From the NCBI GenBank assembly GCA_963664705.1, contig OY761556.1, positions 4,288,001 through 4,352,000 of the forward strand: a stretch of DNA of 64,000 bases. The letters are read 5' to 3'. Positions 9,427-20,727 of this stretch are shown here, in pieces. This DNA comes from Acidobacteriota bacterium (GTDB lineage: Bacteria > Acidobacteriota > UBA6911). Under the pieces are notes generated by a model, which made no database searches, was not told where the DNA came from, and saw only the letters and a program-made list of their open reading frames with translations. The translations under genes and the position numbers were made by a program. How positions within the stretch are numbered: the first letter of the stretch is position 1; every line of letters starts with the position of its first letter.

Positions 9427-11502
9427 TTATTTATTTCGGTCAAACCACTCAAGGACGCCCTTCTCCAGTTCTTTCAGATCCGGTTTGTGTCCTGCAATCG
9501 TGGAAGATTCCAACCACTCTTTATTCAAATCCCCCAGGTTAATTCCGGATCCTTCCCGAATAAAGATCGGGATTTGATGGAGATCGGCTGGAACCGTAAT
9601 GGTTCTGCCGCCCTTGTAAATATTTGCGGGGCGCCAGGCATCCTGCCAGCGTGCGCCTGCAGGCAGATAGACTTCCTGTTTTCGTTTGTCCTTTTCCCAG
9701 ACAGGCGAAACCAGTATGTCTTTGCCGTACAGGAAGGTCCACCAGTTGGACCATGCTGCCGTAGCCTTGGGATCTGCAAGAAACAACGGCCTTACAATCG
9801 GCTGCCCGGACCGGGAGGCTTCCCTGGCATGGGCAAAACCATAATCGACAAGCCGCTGATGCAGCCTCGCATAGAGGCGCCAGACCGCAATCAGGGTGGA
9901 GTCATAGTAGGGTTCCCGCGGAAGATTCCAGAAAGCCACGTTGCGCGTGGGGCCTACCTCCATGATCGGTGTGAAGCAACTGAATGCGAGCCAGCGCGCG
10001 CACATATCCTGATCGAGAGTCTGATCGTTGTAGCCGCAGGTATCGGAACCCCAATTGGGGTATCCCATCACAGCCGATCTCTGGACTGCGATGATAGATG
10101 CCCGCAACCCCCATTGCGTTCCCCCGATATCGCCGCCCCAGAACACTGCATGTTGTGAACTGCCCGTATACGCACCGCGTGGCATGGCAATAAAATCATC
10201 CCCGCGATATTTCCGTGCTATCTCGGCCACGCTTTTTGCATAGAGAGCCATATAGGCATTCCGGTTTTCCCGGATAGACTTGCCGTCAAATCGTCTGAAA
10301 GGCCCGTCATCCGGTATCTGCTCTTCGCCGCGATCGAGCTTGAAGCCGGCAACCCCCATTTTCAGCAGCTTCTCTATCCCTGCCTGCCAGTACGCTTTTG
10401 CGGCCGGATTCGAGAGATCCACCATCGGGTAATTGCTGGGACTTGGTTTCTGCCCTGCAAGAGTGTATCCCTTCTCTAATCCCTCCTTTTCCATGCGCCC
10501 CTGGAGAAAGGGAGCTATCCAGAGAACCATCTGCGTCTGCAGCGAATTCAACCACTTTACGGATGCTTCGAAATTCGGAAGCCGTTGCGGATCGACTTCA
10601 AAATCGTCATAGCCAAGCCGACCCGGCCCCCATGGACGATCGATCCAGTAGACACCACACGGAATTCCGTAAGCACGCATCATCAGGACATCTTCTATCA
10701 TCTCTGAATTGAAAGGTCCGCGCACCGGAGTGCCGTCATAGTAAGTCGTTCGTTGTGTGTGTTCATCGCGCCAGCGCCAGGGAGTGAACATCCATTTCGG
10801 CGGCAGGATTGGAGGGCCTGCATCCATGGCGTGAGCGGAAACAATCTCCGCCGGAGTCGCGGCCGTGTAAAGCTTGAACTCAAGCGCCGGCCCCTCAAAC
10901 TCCACGCGAACTCGACGCGGATCGGTTGCGCAAAAATCGTACTGCCCGGGCCAATCGGTTTTCATGAACAATCCATAGCCGCGCGAGGAAAGATAAAAGG
11001 GCGCATATACAGATGTAGTCGGTTTGACGATCATCTCTACCTTCTGACCTCGAAGGTTCATTGCCTCTTTCAATCCTGCAGCCCATGAATTCTGCTGTGG
11101 TCCGTCAACAACACGTTCCATCAGTCCGGTAAAATATTCCCTTCCGTCGGCGTTGATATCAAATCCCCACTTGCGGATGTCGCCCCCGGGCTGCGCACCT
11201 AAACGCACGGAATAGTTGCTTCCTTCCGGCAATACAGATATGGAGATTTTCCTCCCATCCTGCGTTTCCGATTCCCACGCGAGCGGCCTTCCTTGCGGTT
11301 TTGCACTCAACTGAACGGGGATAACCACGCGACCGGCTGCCGTCTCAAAATAGAAGCCATTCAAATGGAGGGGAATAGACATGTATTTTGATGGCAGGTG
11401 CAGGCCCGGCAGCACAGGGCTGCTTTGCAATGCCGGCTGCATAGACAATAGAATCGGCACTCCCGCCAGAATAAAAATGCGCAATAGTTTTCCGAATATC
11501 AT
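9427..11502 (-). CDS. Glycoside hydrolase family 31 (alpha-glucosidase/xylosidase-like), secreted
   Basis: YWIDRPW, GFKLDRGE (nucleophile region), WGGD, WGSDTCG and YLPAG motifs; signal-like N-terminus MIFGKLL after GGAG. Confidence 0.9.
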   Translation of the reverse strand: MIFGKLLRIFILAGVPILLSMQPALQSSPVLPGLHLPSKYMSIPLHLNGFYFETAAGRVVIPVQLSAKPQGRPLAWESETQDGRKISISVLPEGSNYSVRLGAQPGGDIRKWGFDINADGREYFTGLMERVVDGPQQNSWAAGLKEAMNLRGQKVEMIVKPTTSVYAPFYLSSRGYGLFMKTDWPGQYDFCATDPRRVRVEFEGPALEFKLYTAATPAEIVSAHAMDAGPPILPPKWMFTPWRWRDEHTQRTTYYDGTPVRGPFNSEMIEDVLMMRAYGIPCGVYWIDRPWGPGRLGYDDFEVDPQRLPNFEASVKWLNSLQTQMVLWIAPFLQGRMEKEGLEKGYTLAGQKPSPSNYPMVDLSNPAAKAYWQAGIEKLLKMGVAGFKLDRGEEQIPDDGPFRRFDGKSIRENRNAYMALYAKSVAEIARKYRGDDFIAMPRGAYTGSSQHAVFWGGDIGGTQWGLRASIIAVQRSAVMGYPNWGSDTCGYNDQTLDQDMCARWLAFSCFTPIMEVGPTRNVAFWNLPREPYYDSTLIAVWRLYARLHQRLVDYGFAHAREASRSGQPIVRPLFLADPKATAAWSNWWTFLYGKDILVSPVWEKDKRKQEVYLPAGARWQDAWRPANIYKGGRTITVPADLHQIPIFIREGSGINLGDLNKEWLESSTIAGHKPDLKELEKGVLEWFDRNK

Positions 11503-11640
11503 CACTGGCTCATCTCCAAGGGATTGTACGCTAAGAATATAGTAGGATTGATTTGCACAGCGCAACGAAAACGGGTAATAAGTCACCTATCTCCGGCCGA
11601 CGGACACTCCGCGGCTTACATCGTCTTGAGGGGTCTTTCG

Positions 11641-13164
11641 ATGAAACGATGCGTCCTGTTGGTTATGGCGGCCGTTTTGATTTCAGTCCAACTTAATAAT
11701 GTATCTGCGCGGAGCCCCAAGGTCCTGACTTGGGGAGACCAGGGAAACGGAACCTACGCAAACCCCGTCCTCAAATCCGACTACTCTGACCCGGACATCC
11801 TGAAAAATGGGGACGATTTTTATCTCATCGCTTCCGATTTCCATTTTGTAGGAATACAGGTCCTGCACTCCAAAGATCTGGTCAATTGGAAAATCATCGG
11901 TCAGGTCTTCAACCGCCTGTCCATGGGATCCAAGTATGATGAGATGAAGGCCTATAGCCAGGGAACCTGGGCCCCGGCGCTTCGATATCACAACGGAGAG
12001 TTTTATATCTTCGTCTGTACTCCCCAGGATGGATTATTCATGTGGCACGCCAGGAATCCCGCAGGCCCCTGGTCTGAAACAATCACGGTCAAAGCTATTC
12101 CGCGCTGGGAAGATCCCTGTCCTTTCTGGGATGACGACGGGCAGGCCTATCTGGTTCATAGCCAGGTAGGAGCGGGCCCCCTGATTTTGCATCGCATGAG
12201 CACCGATGGAACGCAACTGCTGGATGAAGGCAGGGAAATATACCGCGGCCCGGTCGCCGAGGGGCCGAAACTCTACAAACGCAAAGGCTATTACTATATA
12301 TCCCTGCCGGAAGGAGGCGTCGATACCGGCTGGCAGACAGTGCTGCGATCCAGGAACATCTATGGTCCGTATGAACGAAAAGAGGTTTTCCCAAAGGGAA
12401 GCCCGCATCAGGGAGGGTGGGTTGAACTTGATAATGGAGAGACGTGGTTCATGTCATTCAAATCCACCGGATACCTTGGAAGAATCTGCTACCTGAATCC
12501 CATACGGTGGACCGAGGACGGCTGGCCGGTTTTTGGAAACAACGGCCTTCCCGTGGATACCTGGAAAAAGCCTGATGTCGGGAAAAACTATTCCCCGGGG
12601 CATCCCCAAACCAGTGATGAATTCAAAGACAAAACGCTTTCCCCGATCTGGCAGTGGAATCACAACCCTGTTCCTTCCGCATGGTCACTCTTGGCGCGAC
12701 AGGGCTGGCTCAGGCTTACCGCTCAGCCAGCCAGCGGATTAAGCACTGCACGGAATACCCTCACCGAGAAGCTATGGGACAACACCGGTTCCGTCGAAGT
12801 CAAAATGGATGCCGGCCGGATGAAGGACGAACAATGCGCAGGATTTGCGTTCATGAGTGGCAGTGATTTCGGATGGATAGGAGTTAACCAGAATAAGGGT
12901 GTTCGCAGAGTACAGTGGAACGGAGGCGAGGGTCCGACTCTTACGCGCAAGGAGGTCTGGTTCAAGGGAGTCTATAGTGGCGATACGGCACAGCTCTACT
13001 ATAGTCTTGACGGTAAGAACTTCATCGATACAAAGACATCCTTTCGGCTTCTGTTCCGGTTCTGGAAAGGCGCACGCATTGCCATCTTCAGCTTTGGGGC
13101 GGAACCCGGATCTGCAGACTTCGACTATGTCCGATACGATTATGGAGAGCCTGGAAGGAAATAA
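11641..13164 (+). CDS. Glycoside hydrolase family 43 (beta-xylosidase/arabinofuranosidase-like), secreted
   Basis: NPVLKSDYSDPD, WAP, WEDPCPFWDDDG, AEGP and HQGG motifs; C-terminal beta-sandwich. Confidence 0.92.
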   Translation: MKRCVLLVMAAVLISVQLNNVSARSPKVLTWGDQGNGTYANPVLKSDYSDPDILKNGDDFYLIASDFHFVGIQVLHSKDLVNWKIIGQVFNRLSMGSKYDEMKAYSQGTWAPALRYHNGEFYIFVCTPQDGLFMWHARNPAGPWSETITVKAIPRWEDPCPFWDDDGQAYLVHSQVGAGPLILHRMSTDGTQLLDEGREIYRGPVAEGPKLYKRKGYYYISLPEGGVDTGWQTVLRSRNIYGPYERKEVFPKGSPHQGGWVELDNGETWFMSFKSTGYLGRICYLNPIRWTEDGWPVFGNNGLPVDTWKKPDVGKNYSPGHPQTSDEFKDKTLSPIWQWNHNPVPSAWSLLARQGWLRLTAQPASGLSTARNTLTEKLWDNTGSVEVKMDAGRMKDEQCAGFAFMSGSDFGWIGVNQNKGVRRVQWNGGEGPTLTRKEVWFKGVYSGDTAQLYYSLDGKNFIDTKTSFRLLFRFWKGARIAIFSFGAEPGSADFDYVRYDYGEPGRK

Positions 13165-13194
13165 CGCAGGGCGCATCTGACCGGAATGCCTCGC

Positions 13195-13917
13195 TTACGC
13201 TCCAAGTCCTGGATGCCCGCTCTCATCCAGGTAACGGCCGAGGTATTTGTCATGCCCGCCGGAAAGCACGATCACAGCGGTAACACAACCGATCAGACAA
13301 AAAAACATGTCGGTTTGCGTATCCCAGATATACCCTTGAGTCCCAAGGAATGCTTCGGTGCCGCCGCCGGGACTTGTAATGGCGGCCAGCCATTCCACAA
13401 TTTCGTAACCTGCCGAAATAGCCATCGGCACCGCTATCGCAAAAAGCGTAAGCACTTTCCCCCTGCGAAGGGGCGAAGTGCGGATCACGAACTCGCGAGC
13501 ATAGATCGCCGGCCCGAAGCCCTGCATGAAATGACCAATTTTGTCGTAATTGTTGCGAGTCCAACCAAACCAATCCTGCATCCAGAAGCCCAGCGGCACC
13601 CTGGCATAGGAATAGTGGCCGCCCAGCATGAGAATTACGGAATGGATAGCGATCAAAGTGTAGGTCAGGTTGGTAAGTGGAAACCGTCGGTAAGTCCACA
13701 GCAGGACGGGCAACGCGATAAAGCACGGAGCCGTTTCCAGAACCCAGGTCAGGCGCGTATCATGCGGCTTTATGCCCGACCAAATCCAGACCAGGAGCGC
13801 AATACACAGCAATAGCACGGGATATCTGCCGTTGAGCGATTGCACTTTTCCAGCCTGTTTCGGGAGCATGGCGCTGCCAACTCTATCACGTTTCAATGAA
13901 GCACAGGCAAGCATCAT
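13195..13917 (-). CDS. DUF2238 / YjdF-like inner membrane protein (true start may be 13869)
   Basis: TWVLE, GGHYSYARVPLG, RNNYDKIGHF, YEIVEW and FLGTQGYIWDTQTDM. Confidence 0.88.
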   Translation of the reverse strand: MMLACASLKRDRVGSAMLPKQAGKVQSLNGRYPVLLLCIALLVWIWSGIKPHDTRLTWVLETAPCFIALPVLLWTYRRFPLTNLTYTLIAIHSVILMLGGHYSYARVPLGFWMQDWFGWTRNNYDKIGHFMQGFGPAIYAREFVIRTSPLRRGKVLTLFAIAVPMAISAGYEIVEWLAAITSPGGGTEAFLGTQGYIWDTQTDMFFCLIGCVTAVIVLSGGHDKYLGRYLDESGHPGLGA

Positions 13918-14098
13918 TTCATGTGTGCCCGGAAAACAGGCGCGAAGCCCGTTACGCCATTTCCAACATTATTGTCGGAACAAAAAAAATATAATTACAT
14001 TTATGTAGATTTTATGCCTTTGACCCGTTTTTGTCATACATGGATTATATAATTGATAATATTATGTTTATAGGATAAATACGCATCACGGAGGTTTT

Positions 14099-14114
14099 TG
14101 GCATCTGTATTGCA
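14099..14114 (+). promoter_or_regulatory. Sigma54 (-24/-12) promoter of glutamine synthetase III
   Basis: TGGCATCTGTATTGCA, exact GG-N10-GC spacing, preceded by an AT-rich tract (about 13980-14080). Confidence 0.75.
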
Positions 14115-14218
14115 TTAAAATAGGCGGGAGAGAGTAAATGGAATCTTATACACGCTGCGATGCGGATCGTCCCAAGGCCGGCGCAGTAGTTAACTTGATA
14201 TGAAAGGGAGCCAAAGAA

Positions 14219-16393
14219 ATGAGTACCTCGCGAATGAACGCGGTTGCAGCCGTTACCAGCTATAAGCCAATAGAAAAGCCATTGAGCTTCTCGGAAACAC
14301 CGTCGAAAGATCTGTTCGGACTGAATGTATTCAGCGATTCCGTGATGCGGGAGAGATTGCCGAAGGCGGTTTACAAGGCGATGCGTCGCACAATTGATAA
14401 AGGCGAAAAGCTGGACATCTCTGTGGCCGATGCAGTAGCCGTGGCCATGCGCGACTGGGCCATCGAAAAGGGAGCCACCCATTATGCTCATGTATTTTAT
14501 CCTCTGACCGGACAGACTGCCGAGAAGCATGACAGCTTCCTTGAACCGGACGGCAAAGGTGGCGTTCTGGCCGAGTTTTCCGCAAAGCAGTTGATCCAGG
14601 GCGAACCGGACGCATCCAGTTTCCCGTCCGGCGGACTGCGCGCGACGTTCGAGGCGCGCGGTTATACGGCATGGGATATAACCAGCCCAGCCTACATTCT
14701 GGAAAATCCGAATGGCACGACGCTCTGCATCCCGACAGCCTTCTGTTCCTGGACCGGAGAAGCTCTCGACAAAAAGGTTCCACTGCTCCGATCCATGCAG
14801 ATCCTGAATATCCAGGCCCAGCGGATTCTCAAGCTTTTCGGCAATGCGGATCCCGGGCTGGTATTTTCCACGGCAGGATGCGAGCAGGAATACTTCCTGA
14901 TCGATCGAAACTTCTTCTTTGCCAGACCAGATCTGATCAATGCAGGCCGCACGCTCTTTGGAGCCAGACCGCCCAAGGGACAGGAACTTGAGGATCAGTA
15001 TTTTGGCGCCATTCCTGAACGCGTCCTGGCATGCATGCTGGAAACAGAACGCGAACTCTACAAGCTTGGCGTGCCGGTCAAGACGCGGCACAACGAGGTT
15101 GCTCCGGCTCAATACGAAATTGCTCCTGTGTATGAAAATGCAAATCTGGCTACCGATCATCAGTATCTGACCATGACCACGCTCCAACGCGTGGCGCAAA
15201 AATACGGGATGACCTGCCTGTTGCATGAAAAACCTTTTGCAGGAATTAACGGATCGGGCAAGCATCTGAACTGGTCGCTCGGAACGCATTCGGCAAATCT
15301 TCTGGAACCGGGGAACACGCCCCACAGCAACATGCAGTTCCTGGTATTCTGCGCCTCCGCGATTCGCGCCGTCCATCTGCATGCGGACCTGTTGCGCTCG
15401 ACGGTAGCGCATTCCGGAAATGATCACCGCCTCGGCGCCAACGAAGCGCCGCCGGCCATTATCTCGATTTACTTGGGCGAACAGCTCACCGATATCTTTG
15501 AACAGATTGCCAAGGGCGGAGCCAAGTCCTCGAAAGAACCGGGTTACCTGAATGTAGGGGTGGATACTCTGCCTGCATTTCCGAAGGATGCGGGAGACCG
15601 CAACCGTACCAGCCCGTTCGCATTCACCGGAAACAAGTTCGAATTCCGCGCCGTTGGTTCCAGTCAGTCGGTAGCCGGGCCCCTGGTCGCATTAAACACC
15701 ATCATGGCGGAATCCCTGGACTATATCGCCACCGAACTTGAAAAGCAGACGCAGGGCGATTTCTCAAAGCTCAACGGCGCCGTACAGTCCGTGCTGAAGC
15801 AAATCATGAAGGATCATGGCGCCATCATTTACAACGGCGACAACTACATTGATGCATGGCACAAGGAAGCCGTAAAGCGAGGTTTGCCGAATCTCAGCAA
15901 TACCGTTGACGCGCTTCCGGCCCTGATGGCAAAGAAAAATGTCGACCTCATGGAGAAGTACAACGTCCTCTCCCCGCGTGAAATGGAGAGCCGTTGCGAA
16001 ATTTACCTCGAGCGCTATGTCAAGGATGTCGCGGTGGAATCGAAACTGACGCTGGAAATCGCCAAGACGACGATTTTCCCCGCAGCAGTGAAATATCAGA
16101 ACACGCTCGCATCTACAGCGCTGGCTCTCAAGGAATTGGGAAAGGTCCCCTGCACCGCGGTGCTGGATGAGTTGACGGATCTTGTGCAGAAGTTTGAGGT
16201 TGCAATCAATACGCTGCAGAAAGCGCTCGATCATCATTCTGAAGGATCCACGCTGGATCACGCAAAGTTCGCGCGTGACATGATTGTTCCTTCGATGGTC
16301 AAGGTCCGCGAAGTATCGGACAAGCTGGAGGGCGTCGTTTCCGATGAATTCTGGCCGTTGCCGACCTATCAGGAAATGCTGTTCATCAAGTAA
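14219..16393 (+). CDS. glnN: Glutamine synthetase type III
   Basis: 724 aa; [73 protein letters not shown] and [11 protein letters not shown]. Confidence 0.96.
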   Translation: MSTSRMNAVAAVTSYKPIEKPLSFSETPSKDLFGLNVFSDSVMRERLPKAVYKAMRRTIDKGEKLDISVADAVAVAMRDWAIEKGATHYAHVFYPLTGQTAEKHDSFLEPDGKGGVLAEFSAKQLIQGEPDASSFPSGGLRATFEARGYTAWDITSPAYILENPNGTTLCIPTAFCSWTGEALDKKVPLLRSMQILNIQAQRILKLFGNADPGLVFSTAGCEQEYFLIDRNFFFARPDLINAGRTLFGARPPKGQELEDQYFGAIPERVLACMLETERELYKLGVPVKTRHNEVAPAQYEIAPVYENANLATDHQYLTMTTLQRVAQKYGMTCLLHEKPFAGINGSGKHLNWSLGTHSANLLEPGNTPHSNMQFLVFCASAIRAVHLHADLLRSTVAHSGNDHRLGANEAPPAIISIYLGEQLTDIFEQIAKGGAKSSKEPGYLNVGVDTLPAFPKDAGDRNRTSPFAFTGNKFEFRAVGSSQSVAGPLVALNTIMAESLDYIATELEKQTQGDFSKLNGAVQSVLKQIMKDHGAIIYNGDNYIDAWHKEAVKRGLPNLSNTVDALPALMAKKNVDLMEKYNVLSPREMESRCEIYLERYVKDVAVESKLTLEIAKTTIFPAAVKYQNTLASTALALKELGKVPCTAVLDELTDLVQKFEVAINTLQKALDHHSEGSTLDHAKFARDMIVPSMVKVREVSDKLEGVVSDEFWPLPTYQEMLFIK

Positions 16394-16416
16394 GTCGTCT
16401 CGACATTGACTTGTCT

Positions 16417-16451
16417 AAGGGGAGAAGAGCTGAGCTCTTCTCCCCTTTTTT
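16417..16451 (+). terminator. Rho-independent terminator
   Basis: AAGGGGAGAAGAGC-TGA-GCTCTTCTCCCCTT followed by a T run. Confidence 0.9.
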
Positions 16452-16509
16452 CTCCCCCCTCGACCCGCTGAATCGCTCAGATTTTCCAACTTCACAAATT
16501 CTCTAAATC

Positions 16510-16523
16510 TTGACTCGGATCAA
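16510..16523 (+). promoter_or_regulatory. Crp/Fnr-family (FNR/DNR/NnrR-type) box upstream of qNor
   Basis: TTGAC-TCGG-ATCAA compared with consensus TTGAT-N4-ATCAA. Confidence 0.7.
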
Positions 16524-16690
16524 GGATATTGATCCCGGCCTGCTCGAAAATGTAGAAGTCATTGGAGAACGGCGCGGGAAAATAATAATATCTTAACAAT
16601 GGTTCCTGCCCCCCTGAGAACCGTCAAGCAATCCAGTTGAAGAGGATTATTGGGATTTCCCCCATCGACCGTAGAAGGGAGCGATGTGCG

Positions 16691-18952
16691 ATGTCTACCA
16701 ACACGCTTAAAACGGCAGCTATTGTATGTTTCATTGTTGCAATGGGCGGGCTCCTGCTCGGCGGCATGTTTGCCAACCGCGAGGCGCCTCCTTATCCCGG
16801 GCAGGTTGTGGGACCGGAGGGTACCGTTCTTTTCACCAAAGCGGATATTCTAGCCGGACAGGATGTATACCAGCGTTATGGGCTGATGGATCATGGCAGC
16901 GTCTGGGGTCACGGCTCTCAGCGCGGAGCTGAGTTTTCGGCCTTAACGCTGCATATGGTAGGAGTGCGTGTACAGGAAAGCATTTCGGAAAACCTCTATA
17001 GTCGCCCCTATTCCGGGCTGGGCACAGAGGAACGCGATCTGGTCGACATCCGGACGCGACGACTGATGAAAACAAACCGCTATGATGCGGCAACGGATTC
17101 GCTTCGCCTTGAACCAGGTCAGGTTGCAGCTCTGGCCGACGTTGAAAAATACTGGGAGCATACTTTTAGAGACGGCGATACGAGTTATGGGTTTCTTGCC
17201 GGCACGATACCAACTCCCGAAGAGAGAAAGCAGATAGGCCGGTTCTTCTTCTGGACCTCGTGGGCGGCTTCGACACTTCGCCCCAACACTGATCACACCT
17301 ATACAAACAACTGGCCGCCGGATCGCGCGGTCGGCAATGCGGCAACAACCCAAACCTATATATGGAGCATTGCCGGCATCATCTCGCTGTTCGTTACGCT
17401 GGGGCTCTTCATTTACTGGGTACACCATGATCACCTCTGGTACGGAGAACCTCAGGGGATTCCCCTTGCGGAGAAGCTCGTCGAAATGCCCCTGACTTCC
17501 AGCCAGATGAAAGCCGCAAAATATTTCCTGGTGGTCATTCTGCTGTTCCTGGTGCAAACCTCATTCGGCGGCCTGCTTGCACACTACACGGTGCATCCGG
17601 GCAGTTTCTATATCCCTCTTGTTGGGAAACTCATTCCCTATAGCTGGGCAAAATCCTGGCATCTGCAATTGGCAATCTTCTGGATTGCCACAACCTGGGT
17701 AGCCTCGGCCATCTACCTGGCTCCAATCATTGGCGGCCGGGAACCAAAGGGGCAAGGCATTCTTGTCCAGGCCTTGTTTGGAGCAATCCTGATTGTTGCC
17801 GTGGGCAGCCTCACGGGAGAAGTTGCAGGGATCAAGGGGATGCTCGGAAATATGTGGTTCTGGTTCGGGCACCAGGGCTGGGAATTTCTGGAGCTTGGAA
17901 GACTCTGGCAGATTCTGCTTTTTGTCGGATTGTTGGCCTGGCTGTTTATCGTATACCGCGCCGTGAGCAATCGCACCACTCGAATTGGCGATGCAGACTT
18001 CAAAAGTCTGGTCAATTTCTACGTGCTCAGTGCAATTCTGGTGGTTGTGTTCTTCGCATTCGGACTTCTGTTTAGCAGAGGCTCGCATTTGACAGTCGCC
18101 GATTACTGGCGCTGGTTTGTTGTCCACATCTGGGTTGAAAGCATTTTCGAGTTCTTCGGGGTCGCCGTGATTTCGGTCCTGCTGGTGTCAATGGGATTAG
18201 CTTCGGCTAAGGGCGCTCTCAGGGTTGCCTATTTTACCGCGGCGCTTGTGTTCCTTAGTGGGATCCTCGGCACAGCCCATCACTACTTCTGGTACGGTGG
18301 ACCTTCGCTCTGGCTTGCAATCGGTTCGGTCTTTTCCAGTATGGAACCTGTACCTATGTTTGGACTTGTCGTTCGAGGTCTGATGGAATACCGTTCCATC
18401 CAGAAACAGGGTCAGCAGTTCTCCTATAAATGGCCGATGTATTTCCTCGTTGCCAGCTCCTTCTGGAATTTTCTGGGAGCCGGAGTATTTGGTTTCCTGA
18501 TCAATCTCCCGATTGTGAACTATTACGAGCACGGAACCTACCTCACGATGAATCATGGGCACGGCGCGCTTTTCGGAGTATACGGCATGCTGTCCATCGC
18601 TTTGCTTCTGTTTTCGTGGCGTGGCCTGGTGGAGCGCACGCACTGGTCGGACGTCCCGCTCCGAATTTCATTCTGGGGCTTTAATGCAGGCCTCCTGGTA
18701 ATGACCCTCGGCACTCTTTTCCCGATCGGTATCGCGCAGGCCTGGACTAGTTTCCGGGAAGGGCTATGGGTTGCCCGGGATGCGAGCTTCTTTGCACGAC
18801 CATTCGTTTCGTTTCTTGGACAGTTCAGGATTATCCCGGACACCATCATTATCGTGCTGGGAGTAATTCCACTGGTGATCTTCCTCTTCAGGACATTCCC
18901 GCACCTGAAGCCACTGCAGACAAAAGAGACACTGGATTCGGAAAAGGTGTAA
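16691..18952 (+). CDS. norZ: Quinol-dependent nitric oxide reductase (qNor)
   Basis: GSVWGHGS, YTNNWP, WHLQLAIFWIAT, EFLELGRLWQ, HIWVESIFE, GTAHHY and NHGHGALFGVYG. Confidence 0.95.
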   Translation: MSTNTLKTAAIVCFIVAMGGLLLGGMFANREAPPYPGQVVGPEGTVLFTKADILAGQDVYQRYGLMDHGSVWGHGSQRGAEFSALTLHMVGVRVQESISENLYSRPYSGLGTEERDLVDIRTRRLMKTNRYDAATDSLRLEPGQVAALADVEKYWEHTFRDGDTSYGFLAGTIPTPEERKQIGRFFFWTSWAASTLRPNTDHTYTNNWPPDRAVGNAATTQTYIWSIAGIISLFVTLGLFIYWVHHDHLWYGEPQGIPLAEKLVEMPLTSSQMKAAKYFLVVILLFLVQTSFGGLLAHYTVHPGSFYIPLVGKLIPYSWAKSWHLQLAIFWIATTWVASAIYLAPIIGGREPKGQGILVQALFGAILIVAVGSLTGEVAGIKGMLGNMWFWFGHQGWEFLELGRLWQILLFVGLLAWLFIVYRAVSNRTTRIGDADFKSLVNFYVLSAILVVVFFAFGLLFSRGSHLTVADYWRWFVVHIWVESIFEFFGVAVISVLLVSMGLASAKGALRVAYFTAALVFLSGILGTAHHYFWYGGPSLWLAIGSVFSSMEPVPMFGLVVRGLMEYRSIQKQGQQFSYKWPMYFLVASSFWNFLGAGVFGFLINLPIVNYYEHGTYLTMNHGHGALFGVYGMLSIALLLFSWRGLVERTHWSDVPLRISFWGFNAGLLVMTLGTLFPIGIAQAWTSFREGLWVARDASFFARPFVSFLGQFRIIPDTIIIVLGVIPLVIFLFRTFPHLKPLQTKETLDSEKV

Positions 18953-19063
18953 CGGGTGGGGTTGTTGCCGGTCACGGGTTCCAGGTTGATTGTTTTGAAT
19001 CTCAACCTGGAACCTGAAGCAGGAAAGTTGGAAAACCTGCTATCCCCTGCTTAAGGAGGCAAT

Positions 19064-19624
19064 ATGAATACTGCAACAGGAATACTTCGTGACGAGCATA
19101 AAGCCATCTTAAAAATGCTCGATGCGCTGGAAGAGACTGCACAACAGATTCAACAAGGGAAGGAAGTCTCTGCGGAAACTCTTTCGGGTCTGTTGGAGTT
19201 TCTTCGGATATTCGCAGATCGCTGCCATCACGGCAAGGAAGAGGAGTGCCTGTTCCCGCTGCTTGAGAAAAAAGGACTGCCGCACGATGCGGGACCGCTA
19301 GCGGTCATGCTCCATGAGCATGGGTTGGGAAGAGAATTGATTCGGAACATGGTTGAGGCTTCCGACGCAGTAACCGCCGGGCAAAAGGGAGAGGCTCATC
19401 AATGGGCCAGGGCGGCCATGGAGTATGCGGCGCTGCTTCGAGCCCATATTTCAAAAGAAAACGACATCCTTTTTGTATTGGCCGACCAGTTGCTCTCAGA
19501 ATCCGAACAGATGCGCATGATCGAGGCCTTTGAGGATGTGGAGACAAACAAGATTGGGGCCGGAACGCATGAACGTTTGCATGGCCTGATGGATAGGTTA
19601 TATGGAGAGATCTTTAAAAAATAA
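19064..19624 (+). CDS. Hemerythrin (HHE) domain protein
   Basis: EH, HHGKEE-LFP, EH and HISKENDILF iron-ligand motifs. Confidence 0.9.
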   Translation: MNTATGILRDEHKAILKMLDALEETAQQIQQGKEVSAETLSGLLEFLRIFADRCHHGKEEECLFPLLEKKGLPHDAGPLAVMLHEHGLGRELIRNMVEASDAVTAGQKGEAHQWARAAMEYAALLRAHISKENDILFVLADQLLSESEQMRMIEAFEDVETNKIGAGTHERLHGLMDRLYGEIFKK

Positions 19625-19640
19625 GGGGCAATCACGCACC

Positions 19641-20639
19641 ATGGCGGAATTAGCAGAGCAACCCCTGTTCATGAGGCGCGTGATCCAGGGTGTATTTCTC
19701 GCGTTAAACATCTGGATTGCGGTGCAATTCGTATTTTTCGTGCGCTATTTCGAATCGGGCGGGCAGGCGGCACAGGTGCCCCGTCCGCCCGGAGTAGAAG
19801 GCTGGCTTCCCATCGCGGGATTGATGAATCTGAAGTACCTTGTTATCACGGGACAGATTCCTGGCATTCATCCCGCCGCGATGTTTCTGCTGCTGACTTT
19901 TCTCATCGTTTCCTTCCTGCTGCGAAAAGCATTCTGCAGCTGGTTGTGTCCAGTTGGAACACTATCTGAGTTCCTATGGAAACTCGGCCAGAAGCTGCTC
20001 AAACGATCCTGGGAATTCCCTCGATGGATTGATGCTATTTTGCGGTCGCTCAAATACCTTCTGCTTGCTTTCTTTGTGTTTGCCTTGGGCGGCATGACTG
20101 CCGGCGCAATCGAGGCCTTTCAAACGAGCCCCTATGGCCTGGTGGCGGACATTAAGATGCTTCACTTTTTCCGCTACCTCAGTACCACCGCTGCCATTAC
20201 GATAGGCGCTTTGGTCGTCCTCTCCATTTTCTTCAAAAATTTCTGGTGCCGGTATCTCTGTCCTTACGGCGCCCTGATGGGAATCGCCGCAATCTGCAGC
20301 CCGGCAACAATTCGCCGAGATAAAAACCGGTGCATTGAATGTGGGAAGTGCACACGGGCCTGCCCGTCATTGCTGAAAGTCGATGCGCTGGTTTCCATCC
20401 GCTCCGCCGAATGTACGGGATGCATGGATTGCGTAGCGGTATGCCCTGCCGAAGGCGCACTGCAGATGTCTTTGGGGCGCAGATATCGATTGGCTCCGTG
20501 GATGCTGGCTGCCGGCCTGGCTATTCTGTTCGTTGGAATAGTCGGGTATGCAAAATGGAGCGGATCATGGCATAGCGCCATCCCTGATGTAGTTTACCAA
20601 CAGCTGATTCCTCATCTCGACGAACTCAGCCATCCCTGA
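19641..20639 (+). CDS. Membrane 4Fe-4S protein (YccM/NapH-like polyferredoxin)
   Basis: FCSWLCPVG, WCRYLCPYG and two CxxCxxCxxxCP motifs; several TM helices. Confidence 0.88.
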   Translation: MAELAEQPLFMRRVIQGVFLALNIWIAVQFVFFVRYFESGGQAAQVPRPPGVEGWLPIAGLMNLKYLVITGQIPGIHPAAMFLLLTFLIVSFLLRKAFCSWLCPVGTLSEFLWKLGQKLLKRSWEFPRWIDAILRSLKYLLLAFFVFALGGMTAGAIEAFQTSPYGLVADIKMLHFFRYLSTTAAITIGALVVLSIFFKNFWCRYLCPYGALMGIAAICSPATIRRDKNRCIECGKCTRACPSLLKVDALVSIRSAECTGCMDCVAVCPAEGALQMSLGRRYRLAPWMLAAGLAILFVGIVGYAKWSGSWHSAIPDVVYQQLIPHLDELSHP

Positions 20640-20656
20640 CAAAAATCCCGCTATTC

Positions 20657-20702
20657 CGGGTTTGACCTCAAAAGTTGAATTTCATTTTTAAGGTCAAACC
20701 CG
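20657..20702. terminator. Hairpin between convergent genes (probable bidirectional terminator)
   Basis: CGGGTTTGACCT...AGGTCAAACCCG inverted repeat. Confidence 0.55.
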
Positions 20703-20727
20703 ATTTTGCCGGCTTTCAATGGGTGGG

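Noticed and set aside
14045-15427. 460 aa minus-strand ORF
   Set aside because: Antisense to glutamine synthetase III with no recognisable features.
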